64,000 nt of DNA from Eledone cirrhosa (Eukaryota): the NCBI GenBank assembly GCA_964016885.1, contig OZ024740.1, positions 281,666,001-281,730,000 on the forward strand, in the 5' to 3' direction. The translations under genes were made by a program, and so were the position numbers. The notes beneath the pieces were generated by a model that saw only the letters and a program-made list of their open reading frames with translations, made no database searches and had not been told where the DNA came from. Positions 55,297 to 64,000 of this stretch are shown piece by piece (positions within the stretch are counted from its first letter, which is position 1; the number at the start of each line of letters is the position of its first letter).

Positions 55297-58200
55297 ATGG
55301 CGACGAGACTACGAACGAGCGAAGCGATTAGGGCATTTACCGGTGAAGGCGATGTTGTCGCTTGGCTGCGAAAAGTCCAGCTGGTCGCAAGCTTACAGAA
55401 GATAGATGTGGTTGGCCTCATGGCACTTTACCTCGAGGGGACGCGTTGGTACTCTTCCTTGGGTTGGAGGAACACAGCCAAAGGATGCGCAAAAGATTGA
55501 GAGGCGCATGATGGAAGCGTTCGCGGAGGGACCGTTAGCCGCTTTTGCTAAGCTGGCAAGAATTAGATGGAACGGTGAACGCGTTAACATTTTCGCAGCG
55601 GAAATACGGCGATTGGCCATGTTGGCTGGATATCAGGTGGAATGCGAACGCACGGTGTGGTTGGCGTTCATAAATGGATTTCCAGACGACATAGCGGTGA
55701 AACTGCAGCAAGTCCCGGGTTACAAAGAAATGGAGATGCGTTCACTGGTGGAGCAAGCCCGCATCATAGCAGAAGATGCCAAGAAGAGTGTCGCAGCGAT
55801 AGCAACTACAGAGGCTCAAGACAGCCGGCAGCGAAATGGTGAAATGGAGGCAACCACGGCACGCGGTCGCCCGCGAACGTTTAGAGGTCGCTGTTTTAGG
55901 TGCCAGGGCCTGCACATGGCGAGAGACTGTAGAGAGTCAAGGCCGGAAATAATATACTACCAGTGTAAGCGACCAGGCCACATTGCTACTAACTGCGACC
56001 AGGGAAACGATCCAAGGGGAACTACTGCGCCGGTAGTTGCCCCTTACGAGTAGAGGCGCTGCCCGTGGTGGAAGTCTTCGTGAGGGGAAAGCCACAGCGA
56101 GCCCTCGTGGACACGGGCTGTACGACGACACTGGTGACCGCGGGGGTGGCGCAGAGGTGGAGAGGGAAGAGCAGCGTAAGGGCAGTCGACGGCAGGAAAA
56201 TTGAATGCCGAGGTCGCAGCGAGGTGGAGATGGCGGTACGGGGAAGGAAAATAAGGCTTTCTGCCATCGTAGTTGACAACGTGGTAGATGGGATCTGCGT
56301 GGTTATGGGCATGGACGCAATTGACCCTCTAGAAGGCGTCACAGTGAACAACGTCGGTGTGTTGTTTGGCGGCGCTGCATCGGTATGCGCTGTGAGTACG
56401 CGACAGGAGAACCAGAAGGCCCACGAGGAGAAATACCCCGCTTACACTGTGCAGGAAAAGACTTCAAGGCCGTGTTCGATAGGCAGCGATGGGTTGTTGA
56501 GTGATACTGGAAGGAAGAACCACCAACACTGAAGACCAAAGTGGGCTGCTATCAACACACATTGAAGGGAGACATTAGGAGCGAGTTCGAGCGAGAGGTA
56601 GAGAGATGGATTGAGGAGGGCATACTGCTTCCCTGGAAAGAGGAGGTGAAGTGCGGAGTATTTCCGTTAATGGCGGTGGCGCAACCCACGAAGAACAAGG
56701 TGGGGCCGCTACTGGACTTTCGGGAGCTGAACGAGTACGTGTCATGCCACACGGGTGGCGAGGTCAGGGATGTCTGTGGGGAACCCTGCGTGAGTGGAGA
56801 CGCATGACGGGGTTTCAGCAATCGTAGATCTAAAGTCGGCATACTTGCAATTGCATATAGATGAGAAGCTCTGGCAGTATCAGCTGGTCAGATATAAGGG
56901 CCGGACATATTGCCTGACCAGGCTCGGTTTCGGGCTGAGCTCCGCACCGAAGATCATGGCGTCGGCCCTGAAGACCATTCTGGGAAAGGCCGACAAGATG
57001 AAGAGGGCCACTAATTCCTACATTGACGACATCCTAGTGGACGAGTCCGTAGTGTCGGTGGCAGAGGTCACGAGCCATTTACAGGGGTATGGACTGGTTG
57101 CGAAGCCGTCAGAAGCGTTGGAGGGAGGAACCGCGTTGGAACTTAGGCTACGGCGAGACAGGACGGGCGTCTTGGTATTCCAGAGTGGAAATGAAGTTCC
57201 AGAACTGGGCCCAAGTATGAGTAGGCGGGAGCTTTTCTGGGTGGCTCCGGATGGCATGCAGCTATGTCAAGAGACGAGCGGGAGGGGCGACTTGGAGTGA
57301 CAGAGTGGGAGAGAGGGCGGTGGCCATGATGCAGGAGATCTTGGAGAGGGTAAAGGCCGACCCCCAGTGCGGGGACGCTGGTATGTTCCCAAATCGCAGA
57401 GCGGGACCGTATGGTGCGATGCCAGCAGCATACTGCTGGGTGTCACGTTGGAGATAGGAGGTGTTGAGGTCGAGGATGCAGCCTGGCTTAAGAAGAAGGA
57501 CGACTGCAATCACATCAATGTGGCCGAACTGGACGCGGTGTTGAGAGGGGTGAACCTCACCCTGAGGTGGGGACAGCGCACCATCGAGGTACGCACCGAC
57601 TCGGCTACTGTACTCGGATGGGTGAGATCAGTGCTCACCAGTGAGAAGAGAGTGCGAACGAGAGGGGCGGCAGAGATGCTGATAAAGCACCGCCTGGAAA
57701 CTTTAGGAGAGCTGGCAACCGAGTTCGACCTGAGGCTGAGCGTAGTTTTCGTGCCCTCAGAGAAAAATAGGGCGGACGTCTTAACGAGGGTGAAGAAAGC
57801 CTGGATGGAATCGCCGGAGGAGGTAGAAGAGGGGATAGCTGCCGTGTGTCGGCTGACCGAGTCGGGTCTGAAAGGGTTGCATGACATGCACCACATGGGA
57901 GTGGATAGGACCTTGTTCCTAGCCAGGAGAATCGACTCGGACGTTAACAGACACAGTGTTCAATGGGTGGTTAGAGGCTGCGTCCGATGTCAGTCCATTG
58001 ATCCCGCCCCGGGTGTGCACGAAACGGGAAGCCTCCCGGTGGATCGCGACTGGAAGCGATTGGCGGTGGATGTAATGCACTACCGACAGGGAACGTACCT
58101 CTCGATGGTCGACTGTGGACCAGGACGGATGGCGATATGGAGGGAGATGAAGACTGGAACGGCCGAGGAAATCATGCGGACGTTGAGAGGGGTGTTCTTG

Positions 58201-58371
58201 GAGCGGGGCCCTGTGGACGTAGAATCACTGTGTCAACGGACTCCGAGGAAGAGGAAACCCAAAGTGGAAAGAGGAAACCCAACACTTCGGAGATCGCAAA
58301 GAAGTCGCAAACCACCAACTTGGACAGCAGACTTTCATATGCAGAAGGACGAGGGGGAAATTGATCCTTGA
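55297..58371 (+). pseudogene. gag-pol (frameshifted)
   Basis: Domains in order gag-PR-RT-RH-IN across several frames. Confidence 0.88.
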
Positions 58372-58388
58372 GATCAGGGGGGGGGGTA

Positions 58389-58635
58389 TGTTGTGGTGTG
58401 CGGTGGCCGGAAGCTGGGGAGTGCTCAACCGGAAGAGTGCTTGACTGGAAGGGTGCTTGGCCGGAAGGGTGCTCGACCGGAAGGGCCAGCAGATCGGTCT
58501 CTCTCTAGTGGTGATCAGAAACGTGGTGGACGCGAGTTTGGCAGCTCCCGGGTATTAATCAGTTGGACGAAACCAGCCATGGGATTTAGCGGCGCCTATG
58601 AAAAGCGATAAGTGAGATAGCTTTTTCTAACCACA
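58389..58635 (+). repeat. 3' LTR
   Basis: Matches the 5' LTR with several substitutions and a ~15-bp deletion. Confidence 0.92.
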
Positions 58636-60999
58636 AAAGGGGTGGGTGGTTATCTCGCCTTAGCATTTATATTTAACTCTAGTCATGTTTAATATCTTAG
58701 ATAATGATGTCAATGCTAGGCAGAAGAGATATTTTGAAATAGAGTCCCTTTGAAATTTTTTTCTGTTAATGGAGATATCCTCAGTTTTTATGCATCCATT
58801 TTTTTTCTATCTGCAGAACTGTTAACCCTTTACTCATAGCATGTTAAATGTATGTTTTTAGTGTTAGTGATACTTTGTTTATGGACAGTGTGTTCAGTAT
58901 CCAAGTATGGGAATGCTGTCAAAATCCTTCTGGTAATCATTCCATTCCATGCTGAGACTTATTCTTTCCTTTTCTACAGTTTTCTGTAATAGCTTTGTTG
59001 CTTAATAATTGATCTTTGCGGCCATTTGAGCCTTTGTAACATCATTTCTGTTCTTTTGGAAACAACTTGTTTTGTTTTTGTTTTTTTTTAAGTTGTTGGT
59101 CGGTTTCTGTTAAGTCGACGCTAGGTGGCGCGATCTTCTACACATTATTGCTGTTAAGGTCTTGTACTTTGTAAGAAGGCATGTTATGGGTTTGTAGTTT
59201 TAGGGGTTTATTGTGCTATTATTCTTGGGGGTAATTTTCCCCTTAGTAAGTCAGTCGGTTGTCATTTCTGACTCCATTAATATCTCATTACCCTTCTTGC
59301 AAATATACAATCTTTCATGCCTCGATGCCTTCCATTTGCTTGATTTTTTCAGTGTTTTAGACACTGCTGTTGAGATGTATTTCTATAGTTGTTCACGTTC
59401 TCTATTTCTTGTTCTTACTATTCATGTGCTTGGCCTTACCCCTGCTTCCTTCCGCTCCCTACACACTACCTTTCCACTTATTTTCCTTGGAGGGCTTAAT
59501 TTATCTCTATTTTGTTTCTCCTAAGATCTTGGTAGAAACGTTTTAGGTTGGAGTGAAATAACGGGTTTTGTTTGAAAAAACTATTGGCGTTTTTCATATC
59601 TCTGGATTCTTTGCACCTTTTCAAGTATTTGTTGCTTTGGGATTCCTTAGTTTCATTGATTTCCTTTTCTGTTATAGTTTAATTTTTTAATATTTGTATT
59701 TTCTTCCCTTTTATAAGTTGTCTTATTTTCTTTCTTTTGCATTTATGATTTAGAGGTCTTTTTATTTTTATTTTCTGTCTATTTTTGAATCTTTGATTTC
59801 CATGTTTGTGTGGGTTATTTTCTATTTTTGTTGTCTGAGTCTAAGAGATTGTTCTTTTTCTTTTGTAACAACTGTGGGTGCTGCATATATTATGCTATTT
59901 AGCCTTGTGATACTAATGTTTTTGTTTGTGTTAATTAAGTCTATGATGGCTAGGCTAGAGTTCTTTTATACGTCTTGCTTTTTCAACATTGATTTTTATC
60001 TTTGAAAGGTGTATTCTTTGTTTCATAGAGGGATCTATTGTTTGGAGTGGTTAAATTAATTATATTTTTATTCTATTGTGGTCCTTAATTCCGTCTTCTG
60101 GGTTTTTGTACCTACATCTTCCTCCACATATTTCTTTTCATTTTTATTTTTGGCTTTCTTGTCATGAAACGGATTTTTTGGTTAGTCTTCTATTTGTCTT
60201 TTAAAATGAGTGTTTTGTTGTTTACTTTATGGTTTAGAGATGTTAGTTCTATCTCCACATTTTAAACTTTCCATATTTTTATGTTCGTGTTCGTTAGTTG
60301 TTTTATGTTCGTTATTTGTGTTTTCTTGGTGTATTTTCTCTTTTAGATTCTCTATTTCAATTTCTGATATTTTCTGATATTTTTCTGTTTTGTTTCCAAT
60401 ATATATCTTCTTATCTTCGCTAGTTTATTGGGGTCGAGTTTTTGTAAGTGTGTACTGTTGTGTTTTTATTTTTTAGTACAGTGCTATTGTAAAATATGCA
60501 TATAGATTAGAAAGATTCCTCTTGTAGTGACTAGCGCCATCTATGTCCAGAACCAGACTATTTGGAGTTACTTCCCCGTGGCCAGTATATAAGGGAGCGT
60601 TCTGACGCCTCTCTCTCTCTCTCTCTCTCTCTTCACCTTTTGGATGCCTGCAACACATCTGCTGAGGACCTATGCTATAAGGCTCAGCTCAGATGTATTC
60701 CAATCCTAGTTCCAAGGATTAACAAAGCAAGTTACAGGTATGTCATTTAACCATTGTAATACACACGCACAAGCACACGAATAAAGAAAAACTACCTTCA
60801 CATACTGTTGAGAAGACTTATCGTTGTTATCATATATATTATTTCCTGTCTGCATCTCATCATCTTGCTTCCTGCTTTCCTTACATATTCTTGTGTACCT
60901 TCACTTATTAAATTATTAAATTAGTGATTGGCATACACTAGAGTAAATAACCTTATGACTAAACTCACGAAACTCTCGTGTCTATTTGTGTCTTTTCAA

Positions 61000-62290
61000 T
61001 TGTATTTGTGACACTTCATGGCTCTTCATTTAGATTGTCATAATTTTTGTCGGATATTGGTTTTTTTTGCTTCTGTGTTTTTTAAAAGATTTTATACGCA
61101 AAAGCGAACAACACTGCCACCACCACCATCAACATCATCACGATAATAACAGAAAATACAATACAAACAAGCAACAAAGATAATATAAACAAAAACAATG
61201 ACGACAACAGCAACGACAACAACAACATAAATAGTAACAACATTAATAATAACATAATAAAAACAACAGCATAAACAACTACAACAATAATAAAAACAAC
61301 AATGACCGAGGTGTTGACGGCAGGGGAAAAAAACACTAATTTACAGAACAATTTCTACGCAATCGAGACGGCCAGAGGCGGCATCACAAAGTGAGTGAGA
61401 AAGAGCATCGAAAGACATAATGCTTGGCGTAAGGCATATACCTAGACCAATGCAATACGCTGGCATGTCAGTGCTTTTTTAAAAGCGAAGCTCTCACCAT
61501 CAAACATTTTGTGGTCCCCGTTAGGACAGGCCATTTTGTACTATACCCTTCGACAAAGGAAGAAGAACTGTAAGGTTCAGCATCGCCGGTATTACGCCAA
61601 TATAGAAAATCAGATAGATCCTGGTCCGTACGAGAAGGATGTGAAACTCGCTAAGAAATCAGGTCACCAGGAGGGAATAATTGTTTCTACTTTAGGCACA
61701 AGGCCAGCAATTACCCAGTGCATTACTGGTACTTTATTTTATCGACCCCGTAAGGATGAAAGGCAAAGTCAACCTCGGCGGGATTTGAACTCAGATCGTA
61801 AAGGGACATAACTCTGCTGGAAAGCATGGCGTCCGACCCTCTACTGATACTGCCAATCAACCGCCCTATCCACCAGGAGGGAATAATGTTCGGGGATATG
61901 TTTGGAGAACCTCCTACAAATGAAACCGGAAAAATAGAAAATATCCCTGACATCATTCACCTACCGAGTGGCGTGGTTCTAAACGAGATCGTTGTTGATA
62001 AAAAAAAAAAACATGTTGTCATTTGTGCGATGAGACAAATAGGGCATGATGACCCATTTTTTCAGGCGATTGGAAGCCTTCCTTATAATGACTCCCTCTT
62101 TACTGTTAGTGGGGAACTAGAACGGCATCTTTAATGCATGTTGGGACTGTGAGACAGTAACCGGTAGAATGGGGGTACAAAAGCATGTAGAACCTGATTA
62201 GACAATTCCAACTATCTGGCACGTACCGACTACATTTCCCGAATGCGAGTATGTGGACATGGAGCACTCGCATTGGATCATCTAGATCAT
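61000..62290 (+). mobile_element. heavily decayed Tx1/L1-like LINE 5' part
   Basis: AAC-rich ORF1 start, IPDIIHLPSG, and endonuclease remnant similar to 12900-13145. Confidence 0.6.
61680..61868 (-). mobile_element. SINE family A with 17-bp TSD
   Basis: CACCAGGAGGGAATAAT at both flanks. Confidence 0.92.
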
Positions 62291-62329
62291 AATTACATAC
62301 ACAAACACACACACATACATATATGTTTG

Positions 62330-62414
<85 letters not shown>

Positions 62415-62546
62415 ATGTGTGTGTGAATATATATGTGTGTTCGAAAGTAATGTTTTTTTAGTATACCCCACACGGATAAACACACAGGAAAAAGAACTGA
62501 AAAATGCAAATGGAGCCTTTCAGAAGGTTTATTTACAATAATTTAT

Positions 62547-62586
62547 GAGTTTACCGGTTTCGCAAGTTTTGTGATTATCAAAAGTC
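62547..62586 (-). ncRNA. minimal HHR-like motif with U3-A8 core
   Basis: GACTT-TTGATAA-TCA..TGC-GAAA-CCGG-TA-AACTC followed by AATAAA; stems partly mismatched. Confidence 0.5.
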
Positions 62587-62635
62587 AAGAGAGATGGAGA
62601 AATGTGCGGCTATGTCAAAACACACACACACACAC

Positions 62636-62723
<88 letters not shown>

Positions 62724-62775
62724 CATAGGCGGTATGCCGGTTCAGCACTCTGTGCTCTTACAGAGCAGAGTATGA

Positions 62776-63065
62776 TATAATAGAAAACGAAAAATCAGTG
62801 ATGCATCTGAACTCAATTTATTGTCTGTTACAATTGTTTCACCGGCGGACAGATCGAGACGCGTTCATTGTGTGGATCTGTGTGATTCTGGACCCGCAGG
62901 TTCGCACGGACACATATTCTCCAAAATCATTAGACGAGTCCATCGAACCTGCGGGCCCAGAATCAAACAGATCCACATAATGATCGCGTCTCGAGCTGTC
63001 CGCCGGTGAAACAATTGTAACACACAATAAATTGAGTTCAGATGCATTACTGATTTTTCGTTTTC

Positions 63066-63072
<7 letters not shown>
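62776..63072. repeat. fold-back with ~135-bp arms between (TA)n tracts
   Basis: 62776-62910 pairs with ~62938-63072; contains GAAA-C-AATT-G-TA. Confidence 0.92.
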
Positions 63073-63129
<57 letters not shown>

Positions 63130-63156
63130 ATGTCACTACTATTATAACAGCCGCTG

Positions 63157-63217
<61 letters not shown>

Positions 63218-63221
<4 letters not shown>

Positions 63222-63330
63222 AAAAGTTTAATCCCGACGGCAGAGCTCAAGCCGATTCGACGGGTAATTCTGGTCCAGAAATACCCGTCGAAACTGCTTG
63301 AGCTCTGCCGTCGGGGTTAAACTTTTTCCT
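63218..63330. repeat. ~112-bp GC-rich hairpin next to (TA)n
   Basis: AGGGAAAAGTTTAATCCCGACGGCAGAGCTCAAGC..TTCTGG-T-CCAGAA..GCTTGAGCTCTGCCGTCGGGGTTAAACTTTTTCCT. Confidence 0.9.
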
Positions 63331-64000
63331 ATTACCCACTCTACTACCCTATGTATGAGTACTCTGGTGCGTTATGGTCCATCTGGTTCCTTACCACACT
63401 TCCTTCGTTATATATATATAATAAAATATGGAGAAAAATACTGCAGGTAGCGCATGGATAACATGTAATAAAATGAGTCCCTCATCAGTGATTTGCCGAA
63501 GATCATAGATATTTCATTGCATTTGGACGTCATAAACGGGTAGCGAGTACGAATGCACTAAATTCTGGTGGCCAACAAAGCCTGCAGTAAATAAATGTTG
63601 GTTTGTCTGTACTCCCACTGACCGTATAAAGTTGTCGTCCAAGGTGGTGGAGGACTGGTAGATAGATTGACAAATAGGGTTGTTGGTATTCCCAGTTGTC
63701 GTTTAGTGGTCAGCCACCCACACCCCTGCGACTAAGCAGGGCTGCCGGGATGTCCTGAAAATAAGAAGGGTGCGGACACTCAAAGCAAAAACATGCACAT
63801 TTTTTTTTGTCCGCTCCCTTCAACACCAGATTGCCTCGAAAATGTTACCTTTTAATCAATTTTTGCTGTCTGAAGAAATCACGATGTCTATTGTCAGTGA
63901 AATATGTATAACGGCTCAATTAATAAAGGACCCTAACATCTTCAACTTCACATTTTCCCTTTATTAATATACTCCGTCATCTTTGTTTTTAGGAAGTAAT

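Larger units (their letters stand above)
54900..58635 (+). mobile_element. Ty3/Gypsy LTR retrotransposon with both LTRs, defective
   Basis: TG..CA LTRs; gag with two CCHC knuckles; protease ALVDTG; RT DLKSAY/YIDD; RNase H CDAS/AELD/TDS; integrase HHCC then truncated; G-rich PPT before the 3' LTR. Confidence 0.95.
54110..60560 (-). mobile_element. decayed R4/Dong-clade LINE split by a Gypsy insertion
   Basis: Minus-strand PKEQK.CYKGSNGRKDQLL, WNDYQKDFDSIPHTWI, GDSISKYLFCLAL (58.7-59.1 kb) continue as FYIDNLKLYA (~54860-54890). Confidence 0.75.

Noticed and set aside
63470-63492. Minus-strand CTGATGAG
   Set aside because: No downstream GAAA/stem III box found

Overview
AT-rich, microsatellite-laden animal intergenic/intronic DNA. 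The SINE and TE make-up suggests an octopus or other coleoid cephalopod (inference). I cannot support any host protein-coding gene here. The window is a nest of retroelements: about 17 copies of a tRNA-derived SINE, Tx1/L1-like LINEs sitting in (ATT)n and (GATA)n tracts, RTE, R4/Dong and CRE-like remnants, one two-LTR Gypsy element inserted into an R4/Dong element, and at least four Penelope-like elements (PLEs; Naiad-like and Neptune-like). The standout signal is a dense set of short fold-back (inverted-repeat) cassettes, mostly bounded by (TA)n and mostly unrelated to each other in sequence. Many of them, and the PLE 3' ends, carry minimal type I hammerhead ribozyme (HHR) motifs with palindromic stem III: about 12 loci, including U3-A8 covariant cores and long stem II inserts. 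One fold-back (41.6-41.9 kb) is visibly built from the 3' end of a PLE family present at 49.4 kb, linking these cassettes to PLE retrotransposition. All coordinates were read by eye and element ends are approximate.
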